64,000 bases of DNA from assembly GCF_036971445.1 (NCBI RefSeq), contig NC_091471.1, positions 234,298,001 through 234,362,000 of the forward strand. Reading direction: 5' to 3'. The notes beneath the pieces were generated by a model, which worked only from the letters and a program-made list of their open reading frames with translations, was not told where the DNA came from and made no database searches. How positions within the stretch are numbered: the stretch's first letter is position 1; every line of letters starts with the position of its first letter. A program made the position numbers and the translations under genes. Positions 39,916-52,815 of the stretch are shown here, in pieces. The stretch comes from Narcine bancroftii (taxonomy: Eukaryota).

Positions 39916-40503
39916 TAAAGAGGGGTTCTCTGCTTGAATCCTGGGACATTCAATGCCTCCGTTTAGGACTTGGGGCCTGTACGAGGGAATTTGAACCCAA
40001 ATTCCTGGGCCTAGTTCTTGAGGTCTCAAGATAAGAGGGGCCTCAGTTTTTTGGCCTCGGGCCTTGGAGGAGGAATTTCTCGGCCTAGGTCCTGAGGCCT
40101 CCAACAAGAGGGCCTCTGTATGGGCCCTGAGGCCTTGGCAGAATGGTGCTGGGCACCCTGAGCCCGGGGTGATTGAGGCTGAAGTTCAGGCCTTAGGACC
40201 TTCATGAAGGCTTCTGGACATGGGTGACCTGCTCGGAGAGTCTGTGCCTAGATCCTAAGGCTAAGGCTGAGGCTTTGAGGCCTTGAAAGAGGGGGCTGGG
40301 ACCTTGAGGCATCTTTTCCTATGCCCTGAGGCCTAGGGTCACAGAGGGGGATTGGTTTGATACCTGGGGCCGTCTGGTGATGATCCTGAGGCTTTGGCCT
40401 TAGCCCAGGCCACATGCAGCTCACCAACCAAGGCTTTCGGCTCCCCCTGTCCCAGGGTCAGTGCTTCCCAGGCCAATCCTGCCCAAGGTCCCCTCCGCTC
40501 TAG

Positions 40504-40842
<339 letters not shown>

Positions 40843-41089
40843 TGAACTGCAGACCAAACTCTGATGGGATGAAGCCTTTTGGGCCAGAGATGACATGCTC
40901 TCCTTTCATCAGACTCCATAAATCCCATCCCTCAACTGAGACTGAGGGAGCCCCACTGTTGTGGGGGGAGATGTATATACTCCGGGACTGGGGCCCATAA
41001 TGCCTACCTTCCCGGGACTGGGACTGAGGGAGCCGTTCTGTCAGGGGAGATGTATATGCACCAAGACCGGGACCCATAATCCAGACCAA

Positions 41090-41126
<37 letters not shown>

Positions 41127-41133
41127 AACACAG

Positions 41134-41298
41134 AGTTGGAAGAAGACTCGCTCTCCTGGGACAGACCGGGGGAAGTTGTATCAGACGTGTGCCCAGCGAC
41201 AGAGCCCTCTGCTCCCCGTTCTGAAGGTGTCTGGGTTCGGGAGCTGTCCCTGGGTCCATCCTCCTCTCTCCACTTCCTGTCGCTCCGTCAGATGAGGC
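41134..41298 (+). CDS. FLCN: Folliculin(-like) linker exon; its 3' end runs into the gap
   Basis: (tc)n...cacag|AGTTGG; ELEEDSLSWDRPGE...HFLSLRQMR matches FLCN DLEEESESWD...FKSLRHMRQ. Confidence 0.85.
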
Positions 41299-41695
41299 NN
41301 NNNNNNNNNNNNNNNNNNNNNNNNNNNNNNNNNNNNNNNNNNNNNNNNNNNNNNNNNNNNNNNNNNNNNNNNNNNNNNNNNNNNNNNNNNNNNNNNNNNN
41401 NNNNNNNNNNNNNNNNNNNNNNNNNNNNNNNNNNNNNNNNNNNNNNNNNNNNNNNNNNNNNNNNNNNNNNNNNNNNNNNNNNNNNNNNNNNNNNNNNNNN
41501 NNNNNNNNNNNNNNNNNNNNNNNNNNNNNNNNNNNNNNNNNNNNNNNNNNNNNNNNNNNNNNNNNNNNNNNNNNNNNNNNNNNNNNNNNNNNNNNNNNNN
41601 NNNNNNNNNNNNNNNNNNNNNNNNNNNNNNNNNNNNNNNNNNNNNNNNNNNNNNNNNNNNNNNNNNNNNNNNNNNNNNNNNNNNNNNNNNNNNNN
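41299..41695. other. Assembly gap inside FLCN
   Basis: Run of N that interrupts the exon just before its expected donor. Confidence 0.95.
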
Positions 41696-41839
41696 GAGTG
41701 AGAGAGTGGAGGGAAGAGAGAGAGGGAGGGAAACAGAGGGAGGGGAGGGAGAAGGACAAAGTTGTTCTGTTGGGGGACTCTGAGTTTTGGCACCCATCCT
41801 CTCTCTCTACTCCACACCCCCCCTCCCCCAACACTGAAG

Positions 41840-41953
41840 GTTCTCTCTCCAGCTTCTTTCCACATCCTCGCCTGGCACGTTCTGATGGGGAACCAGGTGA
41901 TTTGGAGGGGATCAAGTCGCAAACTCATTGAATCTGCACTCAATATTCTTGCT
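41840..41953 (+). CDS. FLCN: Folliculin(-like) exon (DENN domain)
   Basis: ctgaag|GTTCTC...CTTGCT|gtgagt; 114 nt; VLSPASFHILAWHVLMGNQVIWRGSSRKLIESALNILA contains the FLCN motif LAWHVLMGNQVIW. Confidence 0.93.
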
Positions 41954-41987
41954 GTGAGTCTTTCCAATCGTTTCTCTCCACCTCAAC

Positions 41988-42772
41988 CCCGGGAGTGTGT
42001 GACTGGATGAGGGAGAGGGAGCTTCACTCTGTCTCCCAACCCAGGAGTGTGTAAAGGGAAAGAGGGAGAGGGAGCTTCACTCTGTGTCCTACCCTGGGAG
42101 TGTGTAAAGGGAAAGGAGAGAGGGAGCTTCACTCTGTGTCCCACCCTGGGAGTGTGTGACAGGACCAGGGAGAGGGAGCTTCACTCTGTGTCCCTCCCCT
42201 TGACTGTGTAACAGGACAGGGGAGAGGGAGCTACACTCTATGTCCCACTCCGGGAGTGTGTAAAGGGAAAGGGGGAGAGGGAGCTTCACTCTGTGTCCCA
42301 CTCCGGGAGTGTGTAAAGGGAAAGGGGGGAGAGGGAGCTTCACTCTGTGTCCCACCCTGGGAGTGTGTGACGGAGCGGGGGAGAGGGAACTTCACTCTGT
42401 GTCCCACCCCGGGAGTGTGTGATGGGATGTGGGAGAGGGAGCTTCACTCTGTGTCCCACTCCGGGAGTGTGTAAAAGGAAAGGGGAGAGGGAGCTTCACT
42501 CTGTGTCCCATCCTGGGAGTGTGTGACGGGGCGGGGGAGAGGGAGCTTCACTCTGTGTCCCACCCCAGGAGTGTGTGACAGGACAGGGTAGAGGGAGCTT
42601 CACTCTGTGTCCAACTCCGGGAGTGTGTAAAGGGAAAGGGGGAGAGGGAGCTTTACTCTGAGAGTGTGTAAAGGGAAAGGGGAGAGGGAGCTTCACTCTG
42701 TGTCCCACCCTGGGAGTGTGTGATGGGACGGGGGGAGAGGGAGCTTCACTCTGTGTCCCACCCCGGGAGTTC
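41988..42772. repeat. Minisatellite, about 52-bp unit x about 15, filling an FLCN intron
   Basis: gggagtgtgtaaagggaaaggggagagggagcttcactctgtgtcccaccc. Confidence 0.9.
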
Positions 42773-42799
42773 GTGACTGACTTTCCGATGCCTTGCCAG

Positions 42800-42923
42800 A
42801 CCATGCTACCCGTGGGTTGTGTCCGGAAGGTTCTGTACAGCGATCGATATGAGGAAGCGTACAGTTGCAACTTTCTGGGTCTCAGTGCAGATGTACAAAT
42901 TCCAGCGCACATCATGGCATCCG
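42800..42923 (+). CDS. FLCN: Folliculin(-like) exon
   Basis: gccag|ACCATG...TCCG|gtaggt; 124 nt; [41 protein letters not shown]. Confidence 0.94.
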
Positions 42924-42949
42924 GTAGGTGGCTGATGAATATGCGGAAC

Positions 42950-43740
42950 ATTCCAGCACAGTCCAGGCCCTTCAGCCCATGATATTGTGCTGACCCATAT
43001 AAACCCACTCAGCAATCTAACTCTTCACACCCACAAGCTTCTGTTACTCCTACATCCACATGCCTGTCTTAGTCTTTTAAATGCCCCGAATGTTTCAGCC
43101 TCCCTGGCATGGGATTCCAGGCCCCACGACTCTCTATGTGGAATAAAATCCTACCGCTGATGTCTCCCCTGAACCTCCCTCCCTTCACTTCCCTGCCTCT
43201 GCCTCTCAGAATCTTGTCGACCTCTATCAAGTCTCCTCTTGTCCTTCTACGCTCCAAAATGAAGAGTCCCATCTCAACCTTGCCTCATTTCCCAAACCAG
43301 GCAACATCCTGGTAAATCTCCTCTGCCCTCTCTCCGTAGCTTTCACATCCTTCCTGTAATGAGGTGACTGGAACTGAACACAATTCTCCAAGTGGGGTCT
43401 CACCAGAGAGTTGTAGGGTTGTAACGTGATCTCTCCTGAATTCCATCCCCCTATTAATGAAGCCCAGCGTCCCATAGGCCTTCTTAACTACCCTGTCAAC
43501 CTGTGGGGCGACCTTGAGGGATGTATGGATTTGGACCAAGGTCCCTCTGTTTATCCATACTCTTGTAACCGACCATAAACCCTGGACTCAGCTTTCTGGT
43601 TTGTCCTTCCAAAATGCCTCACCTCACACTGATCTGGATTGAAATCCATCTGCCACTTCTCTGCCCAACTCTGCATCCTGTCTGTATCTTGAAGTAACCT
43701 CCGACTCAGACCACAACACCTCCGACCTTCAAATCGTGCT
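42950..43740 (-). mobile_element. CR1 fragment in an FLCN intron
   Basis: WAEKWQMDFNPDQCEV, LVRPHLENCVQF. Confidence 0.8.
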
Positions 43741-43785
43741 GCTCCCAACCTGTCCCATGCCTGAGGTCTTGTTCGTTCCTTTCAG

Positions 43786-43905
43786 AGTTCTGCGTCGTGG
43801 TTGACGTCCGTTCTCTGACCTCTCCCCGCTCCGCCCGAACCTCTGCGTCTGGTCTGGGTGACTATGAGTACATTGTCAACGGGAGTGCTATGATTACGGA
43901 TCGAG
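43786..43905 (+). CDS. FLCN: Folliculin(-like) exon
   Basis: ctttcag|AGTTCT...TCGAG|gtgggt; 120 nt, phase 1 to 1; EFCVVVDVRSLTSPRSARTSASGLGDYEYIVNGSAMITDR, compare FLCN EFAVIVEV...YEFVV...ADR. Confidence 0.85.
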
Positions 43906-43924
43906 GTGGGTCTTTCCGGAAGAC

Positions 43925-44215
43925 GTGTCGGTCCCCGTACCCCGAGGTGTCTCTGTTCTACCACACTCAACACCGTTCACCATGTTGGACCCTGTACCCC
44001 AAGGTCTCTCTGTTCTACAACACTCCCCACCATTCACCATGTCAGTCCCAGTACCCTGATGTCTCCCTGTTCTACAACACTCCCCACCGTTCACCGTGTC
44101 GGTCCCCGTACCATGAGGTCTCTGTTCCGCTACACTCCCCACCATTCACCACGTTGGTCATACCCCAAGGTCTCTCTGTTCTACAACACTCCCCACCGTT
44201 CACCGTGTCGTTCCC
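43925..44215. repeat. Minisatellite, about 58-bp unit x5, filling an FLCN intron
   Basis: ccgtaccccaaggtctctctgttctacaacactccccaccgttcaccgtgtcg. Confidence 0.85.
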
Positions 44216-44222
44216 TCCACAG

Positions 44223-44325
44223 GTCCCACTATACTAAGCAAACTCGAGGCTGCTCTGAGCAATGAGAGTCTGTCCCTGGAAGTGGTGGAACAGTGTCTCG
44301 TCTGTCTCAAGGAAGAATGGATGAA
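44223..44325 (+). CDS. FLCN: Folliculin(-like) exon
   Basis: tccacag|GTCCC...ATGAA|gtgagt; [34 protein letters not shown](N). Confidence 0.94.
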
Positions 44326-44590
44326 GTGAGTGAGTGGGGGGAGAGAGGGATAGCAGAGGAGAAAAGGATGGGGCGGGATTAGGGATGTGGCAGAGAGTGG
44401 GAGCGAGGTTGAGGTCTATATTCATGGAGGGCGATGGTTGCAGAGGCATTGTGATCAGCTGTTTGTCTCCCTTTCTCCCCCCCCTTTCCCCCCTTCCTCT
44501 CCCTCCCTCTCCCCTCTCCTCTCCCTCCCTCTTCCACCCCCCTCCCACTCCTTCTCCCTCTCCCTCCGCCCCCCCTCCCCCCCATCCCAG

Positions 44591-44792
44591 TAAGGTGAAG
44601 GTCCTGTTCAAGTTCTCTAGAGTTGACAGCCGTCCGAAAGAGGATACCCAGCGAATCCTAGGAGTGCTGGGAGCCAGCGACGAGGACAATGTCAAACTGC
44701 TCAAGTTCTGGATGACGGGCCTCAGTCGGACGTACAAATCCCACCTCCTGTCCAGTGTCAGAGGGGGGGCTGGAACTGAAGGACGCAAGTAG
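44591..44792 (+). CDS. FLCN: Folliculin(-like) last coding exon
   Basis: atcccag|TAAGGTG; [66 protein letters not shown]. Confidence 0.95.
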
Positions 44793-45400
44793 TGGGAGAC
44801 GGGTATCCGAGGGAAGGGGAATTAACCTCACTGATCTACAGGGGAGAGAGGAGTCATTGAGGGAGGGGAAATTATCGTCAGTGACCCCCCCCCCAGGGGG
44901 AGACGGGTGTCCGAAGGAAGGGGAATTAACATCAGAGACCACCGGGGGAGAGAGGGGTCACTGAGGGAGAAGGGATTAACGTCAGTGACCCCCGGGGAGG
45001 GAGAGGGGTGATTGAGGGAGGAGAGAATAACGTCAGTGACCCCGGGGGGGGGGAGTTATGGGTCATTGAGGGAGGGGGGAATTAACGTAAGTGAACAAGG
45101 AGGGGAGGGGAATTAACGTCAGTGACCTCCGGGGGGGGGGGGGGGATTGACTGAGGGAGGGGAGATTACCGTTTATGATTCCGGGGGTAGATGGGTTACT
45201 GATATAGGGGGGAATTAACGTCAGTGACTCCAATGGGAGAGGGGTCACTGAGGGATGGTTGGGGATTCATGTCAGATCGGGTAAAATAATGGTTGGTTCT
45301 GTATCGTTGTTCTGTTTTCTTTCTCCAGCATTGTGTTTTTACTTCAACTATGGTGTCTGCAAACCTTCATGTTTTACCAATAATATCAGAGTTCAACCTC

Positions 45401-45406
45401 AATAAA
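45401..45406 (+). terminator. Candidate poly(A) signal of FLCN
   Basis: First AATAAA found downstream of the FLCN stop, followed by T-rich sequence. Confidence 0.5.
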
Positions 45407-45424
45407 TATTTTTATTTCACGAAC

Positions 45425-48400
45425 AATGAGAGTAGTGGGTAAATTATTGGAAGGAGTTCTGAGAGACAGGATGTATTGGTATTTGGACAGTCAGCATGGC
45501 TTTGTGAGTGGGAGGTCATGTGTAACGAGTCTTGTAGAGTTTTCGAGGAGGTTACCAGAAAGGTCAATGAAGGAAAGGTTGCGGATGTTGTCTACGTGGA
45601 CTTTAGTAAGGCCTTTGACAAGGTCCCATATGGAAGGTTCAGACACCAGGTATCAATGGAGAGGTGGTAAACTGGATTCATAATTGGGTGAATGGGAAAA
45701 GACAGAGAGTGGATGGTTTCTTCTCAGACTAGAGGCCTGAGGCTAGTGGTGTTGCTTCAGGGATCGGTCCTGGAACCGTTGTTGTTTGTTGACTATATCA
45801 ATGATCTGGATGATAACGTGGGGAATTGGATCAGCAAGTTTGCAAATGACACTAAGATCGGAGATGTTGTGGACAGTGAGTAATATTTTCAAAGCTTGCT
45901 GAGGGATCTGGACCAACTGGGAGAATGGACGAAATAATGGCTGATGGAGTTTTTTTTTATTTTTTATTTTTTATTTTTCACACCATAAATCACATTAACC
46001 ATGGTACACACTTTTTCCTTTTCACACATATACAGTGCCATTTTCTCCCCCCCACTCCCTCCTCCCAACCCACCCCCCCCACCCCCCACCCCGTCCATTT
46101 AAGGTATACAATCTAGGATACATTAAACCATGTTGTCATTCAACAAACATACACCAGAAATTCTACTGAGTCCATTCTTTTCATTTCCTTCTCCTTCCAT
46201 CAACTTAGGTAATGATTGTCCCCGGTAGGTTTTCGCTATTGTATTTAATGTAAGGCTCCCATATTTGTTCGAATATTTCAATATTATTTCTTAAACTATA
46301 TGTTATTTTTTCTAATGGAATACATTTATTCATTTCTATATACCATTGTTGTATTTTCAAATTATCTTCCAATTTCCAGGTTGACACAATACATTTTTTT
46401 GCTACGGCTAGAGCTATCTTAACAAATCTTTTTTGTGCATCCTCCAAATCAATTCCAAATTCTTTGTTTTTTATGTTACTTAGGAGGAAGATCTCTGGAT
46501 TCTTTGGTATATTGTTTTCTGTTATTTTATTTAATATCTGATTTAGATCCTCCCAAAATTTTTTTACTTTCTCACATGTCCAGATTGCATGAATTGTTGT
46601 TCCCATTTCTTTTTTACATCGAAAACATCTATCAGATACTGTTGGGTCCCATTTATTTAACTTTTGAGGTGTAATGTATAGCCTGTGTATCCAGTTATAT
46701 TGTATCATACGTAACCTCGTATTTATTGTATTTCTCATCGTTCCAGAGCATAACTTCTCCCATGTTTCCTTTTTTATCTTTATATTTAAATATTGTTCCC
46801 ATTTTTGTTTAGTTTTACCATTTGTTTCCTCATTCTCCTTTTCTTGCAGTTTAATGTACATATTTGTTATAAATCTTTTGATTAACATTGTATCTGTAAT
46901 CACATATTCAAGGTTACTTCCCTCTGGCAAACTCAAACTGCTTCCTAATTTATCCTTCAAGTAGGATCTCAATTGGTAATATGCCAGTGCTGTATCTTGA
47001 GTTATATTGTATTTATCTTTCATTTGTTCAAAGGATAATAATCTATTTCCTGAGAAACAATTTTCTATTCTTTTAATCCCTTTTTTCTCCCATTCTCTAA
47101 AGGAAAGGTTATCTATTGTAAAAGGGAGTAACTTGTTTTGCGTCAATATTAGTTTTGGTAATTGATAATTTGTTTTATTTCTTTCTACATGAATCTTCTT
47201 CCAAATATTAAGGAGATGATGTAATACTGGAGAACTTCTATGTTGTACCAATTTTTCATCCCATTTATATAATATGTGTTCAGGTATCTTTTCCCCTATT
47301 TTATCTAATTCTAATCTCGTCCAATCTGGCTTTTCCCTTGTTTGATAAAAATCTGATAGATATCTTAATTGTGCGGCTCTATAATAATTTTTAAAGTTTG
47401 GCAGTTTAAGCCTCCTTGTTTATACCATACTGTTAATTTATCTAGTGCTATCCTCGGTTTCCCCCCTCTCCATAAAAATTTCCTTATTATTTTCTTTAAC
47501 TCCTTGAAGAATTTCTCTGTCAGTTGTATTGGCAATGCCTGAAATAAGTATAATATCCTTGGAAAAATGTTCATTTTAATACAGTTTATCCTTCCTATTA
47601 GTGTTAGTGGTAAATCTTTCCAATGCTCTAAATCGTCCTGTAATTTTTTCATTAGTGGATAATAATTGAGTTTATATAGTTGGCCGAGATTTTTGTTTAT
47701 TTGTACACCTAGGTATCTTATTGCTTGCATTTGCCATCTAAATGGTGATTCCTTCTTAAATTTTGAGAAATCCGCATTATTCATAGGCATTGCTTCACTT
47801 TTATTTACGTTTATCTTGTAACCCGACACTTCTCCATATTCCTTCAATTCCTTATATAATTCTTTTATTGATAGTTCTGGTTCTGTTAAGTACACTATAA
47901 CATCATCCGCAAATAAACTGATTTGATATTCCTTGTCTTTTATTTTTATTCCTTTTATATTATTATCTATTCTTATCAATTCTGCTAGTGGTTCTATAGC
48001 TAACGCAAACAATAAAGGTGATAGTGGGCATCCCTGCCGTGTTGACCTGCTTAAGTTAAATTGCTTTGATACATGTCCATTTACTGTCACTTTCGCTAAC
48101 GGTCCCTTATATAATGCTTTAATCCAATTAATATACTTCTCCGGTAAACTGAATTTTTGCAATACTTTGAACAAATAATTCCATTCTACTCTGTCAAAGG
48201 CCTTCTCTGCGTCTAAAGCAACTGCTACTGTTGGCGCTTTACTCACTTCTACTGCATGAATTAAGTTAATAAATTTACAAATATTGTCTGTTGTGTGTCT
48301 TTTTTTGATAAATCCAGTTTGGTCTAAATTTACCATTTTCGGTACATACTCTGCTAATCTGTTTGCTAATAGTTTAGCTATTATCTTATAGTCTGTGTTA

Positions 48401-51400
48401 AGTAAAGATATTGGTCTATATGACGCTGGTGAGAGTGGATCTTTCCCTTGCTTTAGTATTACTGTTTTACATGAATCTGGTAAGCTTTGTGTTTCATCAG
48501 TCTGGTTGATTACTTCCAGGAGGGGCGGAATTAATAAGTCTTTAAATGTTTTGTAGAATTCTATTGGGAATCCATCCTCTCCTGGTGTTTTATTATTCGG
48601 TATTTTTTTATTATCTCTTGTATTTCTACTATTTCAAATGGTTCTGTTAATTTATTTTGTTCCTCTATTTGTAGTTTTGGTAGTTCAATTTTAGTCAGAA
48701 TTTCATCTATTTTCCCTTCTTTCCCTTCGTTTTCAGTTCGGTATAATTGTTCATAGAATTCTCTAAAGTTTTCCTTAATTTCTTTTGGATTATATGTAAT
48801 TTGTTTGTCTTTTTTCCTTGATGCCAATACCATTCTCTTAGTTTGTTCTGTCTTAAGCTGCCATGCTAGGATTTTGTGCGTTTTTTCACCTAGTTCATAA
48901 TATTTCTGTTTTATCTTCATTATATTTTTCTCCACCTTATATGTTTGTAGTGTTTCATATTTTATTTTTTTATCTGCCAATTCTCTTCTTTTAGTAATAT
49001 CTTCCTTCATTACTAATTCTTTTTCTATATTTACTATTTCCCTTTCCAACTGCTCTGTTTCCTGATTATAGTCCTTCTTCATCTTGGTTACATAACTTAT
49101 TATTTGCCCTCTAATGAATGCTTTCATTGCATCCCATAGTATAAACTTATCTTCCACTGATTCCGTATTTATGTCAAAATACATTTTAATTTGTTTTTCA
49201 ATAAATTCTCTAAAATCCTGCCTTTTAAGTAACATGGGGTTTAATCTCCATCTATACATTCTTGGAGGGATGTCCTGTAACTTTACTGTCAATATTAAGG
49301 GTGAATGGTCCGATAGTATTCTAGCTTTATATTCTGTTTTTCTTACTCTATCTTGCATACGAGCTGATAACAAAAATAGGTCTATTCTTGAGTATGTTTT
49401 ATGTCTAGCTGAGTAATATGAATATTCCTTTTCCTTTGGGTGTTGTTTCCTCCATATATCCAAAAGTTGCATTTCTTCCATCGATTTAATTATAAATTTG
49501 GTTACTTTGTTCTTTCTGTTAATTTTTTTCCCAGTTTTGTCCATATTTGAATCCAAATTCAGGTTGAAATCCCCTCCTATTAATATGTTCCCTTGCGTAT
49601 CTGCTACCTTCAAAAAGATATCTTGCATAAACTTTTGATCTTCTTCGTTAGGTGAATATACATTGAGTAGATTCCAAAACTCCGAATATATCTGACATTT
49701 TATCATTACATATCTCCCTGCTGGATCTATTATTTCCTCTTCTATTTTAAATGGCACTTTTTTACTAATTAATATAGCTACTCCTCTTGCTTTTGAATTA
49801 TACGATGCTGCTGTTACGTGTCCTACCCAATCTCTCTTTAATTTCTTGTGCTCCAATTCAGTTAAATGTGTTTCTTGCACAAATGCTATATCAATTTTTT
49901 CTTTTTTCAGTAAATTTAGCAGTTTCTTCCTTTTAATTTGGTTATGTATTCCATTAATATTTAAAGTCATATAGTTCAACGTAGCCATTTTATACTTTGT
50001 TTATCTTCCCTTTCCGTTTCTCCATCATTACTTTTCCTTCTTATCCATTTCTGTTTTCTTGTTTTGAATCCTTTATAAGACAACATTCCTAAACATCAAA
50101 CATTTTCCTTATTCTGCTATTTAAAACTTCATTAGCCCCAATCCCCCCTTCCCCTCCTGAGTTCTCCTTTATCCCTTGTCGGACAACCACATCTCCCCTC
50201 TCCATTTGGATTTGCGAATTCACTCGCAAGCGTCAGCTGATTTTGCAGTGACCGTAACACCCCCCCACCCAGCCCCCCCAGAAAAGATTTCACTTTTCAT
50301 ATGTGACAAAGGTCACTCTTTTAATTCCCTCCTTATTCCCTCTATTCCTTTTCCTTCCCTTATTAATTCTTCTATACTATCTATATTTTCCCCTAAATAC
50401 GGATACATTCATGTATGCACATTATACATATACCTCTTTACCCACATACATATAAATCGTGGTCATTTTTACTCTTATTACATGTCTTCATCTCTCTGTT
50501 TGTTTTGTAGATGTTCTGCAGATTTCCTTGCTTCCTCTGGATCCGAGAATAGTTTTTTTTCCCATAAGATCATTTTCGATGTTTTGAACTCCTTCCTCCT
50601 CTTCAGGAGTTCAAAACTTATGTCTTTTTAGTTTGCAGTCTTTTGTACTCTCGTTACACGTCTTCATCTCTCAGTCTATTTTGTAATTGTTCTGCAAATT
50701 TTCGTGCTTCTTCTGGATCCGAGAATAGTCTGTTTTGTTGTCCTGGAATAAATATTTTCAATGCCGCTGGATGCTTTAGTATTAATTTATACCCTTTCTT
50801 CCATAAAATCGCCTTTGCTGTATTGAACTCCTTTCTCTTCTTCAGGAGTTCAAAACTTATATCTGGATAAATGAAGATTTTTTTGCCCTTTGTACTCCAG
50901 TGGCTTATTGTCCTCTTACTTTTTCCATTGTTTTCTCCAGTACCTTTTCTCTTGTAGTATATCTTAGGAATTTTACTAAAACAGATCTTGGCTTTTGTTG
51001 TGATTGTGGTTTAAAGGCCAATGCTCTATGTGCCCTTTCTATTTCCATTTCTTGCTGTAGTTCTGGACATCCTAGGATCCTAGGGATCCAATCTTTTATA
51101 AACTCTCTCATATTCTTGCCTTCTTCATCTTCCTTAAGGCCCACTATCTTTATGTTATTTCTTCTGTTATAATTTTCCATTATATCTATTTTCTGAGCTA
51201 ACAGTTCTTGTGTCTCTTTAACTTTTTTATTAGATTCCTCTAATTTCTTTTTTAAGTCCTCTACCTCCATTTCTACTGCTGCTTCTCGTTCTTGCACCTT
51301 GTCCATTCTTTTTCCCATTTCTGATAAGGTCATATCTATTTTATTCATTTTCTCTTCTGTATTGTTTATTCTTCTTCTTAAATCATTAAATTCTTGTGCT

Positions 51401-52815
51401 TGCCATTCTTTAAATGACTCCATGTATTCTTTAATAAGAGAAAGTATATCCTTTATCTTGCCTTTCCCTTCTTCTATTTCACTGTACTCTTCCTCTTCCT
51501 CTTCTTCCTCTGGGTTGGCCATCTGTTGTTTCTTTGTTGCCTTTTTCTTCTCTTCTTTCTTGTTTTCATTGTCTTCTGTGTTCTCCTCTTGCTGCAGGTG
51601 TTCTGCAGCTGTCGTTGCCGGCTGTGGAGATCGACTCCCCAGCTGGTCACCCCTCCCGTCGGTGTGTTTTTTTTCATGCGCGGTTGCGCACTTTTACTCG
51701 GCTCAGCGAGCCATTTTTGTAGTCCATACTCTACCGACCTGAGGGAGCGGGTTTCTCTCTCCACCGCGGGCCTCTTTGAACAGTTAAGGCCTTTTCCTTC
51801 ATCTTCCGTTGTCTTCTCTTCCTCTCTTCTTACCGTTGGTTTCGACTTTTCTTTTTTCGTCGCCATCTTCTTTCCACCTTTATATTCACTTTACTTTGAT
51901 TTTTATTTCTGTGCCTTTGTATTTTGCTTTGTTTTTTCTGACTTTTCTGGAGAGGGCTGGAGTTCACCGTCCGGCCACTACTCCATCACGTGACTCCTCC
52001 ATGGCTGATGGAGTTTAATGCAGACAAGTGTAAGGTGATGCATTTTGGAAGGGTAAACCAAAATAAGATGTATACGGGTGAATGGTCAGGCACTGAGGAG
52101 TGCGGAGGGGCAGGGACATCTGGGAATACAGATACGTTCCCTGAAGATGGTGTCGCTGGTGGTCAGGGCTGTGAAGAAAGCTTTTGTATCTTAGCCTTTA
52201 TAAATCCAAGTATTGAGTCCAGGAGTTGGGATGTTCTGTTGAAATTGTTGAAGACATCGGTGAGACCAAATTTGGAATATTGTGTGCAGTTCTAGTCACC
52301 GAACTACAGGAAGGATATCAGTGAGATTGAAAGAGGGGAAAGAAGATTTACTAGGATGTTGCCAGTTCTTCAGGAGTTGGGTTACAAGGAAATATTAAAC
52401 AGGTTAGGACTTTATTCCTTGGAGCATAGAACGAGGGGAGATTTGATCGAGGTTTACAGGATTATGAGAGGTACAGACAGAGTAGGAGTGAGAGTCAGCT
52501 TTTCCCACTTAGATTGGGGGAGATCAATATGAGAGGTAATCGTTTCAAGCTTAAAGGGGGAAAGGTTAAGGGGGAACATTCGGGGGAAGTTCTTCACTCA
52601 GAGAGTTGGTGGGAGTGAGGAATGGTCCCCATCTGATGTGGGGAACGCGGGCTCGATCTTAAGCTTTAAGAATAAATTGGTTAGATACATGGATGGGAGG
52701 GGCCTGGAGGGTTATGGAATGGGAGCAGGTCATTGGGACTAGTGGAATGATGGTTAGCACAGACTAGAAGGGCTGAATGGCCTGTTTCCTGTTCTGTAGT
52801 ATTTTATGGTTCTGT
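45425..52815 (+). mobile_element. CR1 element split by the full-length L1 (45425-45952 plus 52001-52815)
   Basis: DFSKAFDKVP and INDLDDNVGNWISKFAND before the L1; WLMEFNADKCKVMHFG after it. Confidence 0.85.
45953..52000 (-). mobile_element. Full-length L1-clade LINE inserted into a CR1
   Basis: TSD ATGGCTGATGGAGTTT (45937-45952 and 52001-52016), poly(A) tail; ORF1 about 51866-50654 (coiled coil, RRNNIKIVGL); ORF2 49988-46205 (APE endonuclease, RT FADD, CCHC) with several frameshifts. Confidence 0.95.

Noticed and set aside
41988-42772. CRISPR-like appearance of regularly spaced repeats (also 63820-64000 and 25255-25685)
   Set aside because: No unique spacers, no cas genes and a eukaryotic intronic context; these are minisatellites
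51299-51993. Antisense ORFs in the L1 5' region (ORF0-like)
   Set aside because: Phe/Ser/Leu-rich mirror of the A-rich ORF1 strand with no independent evidence
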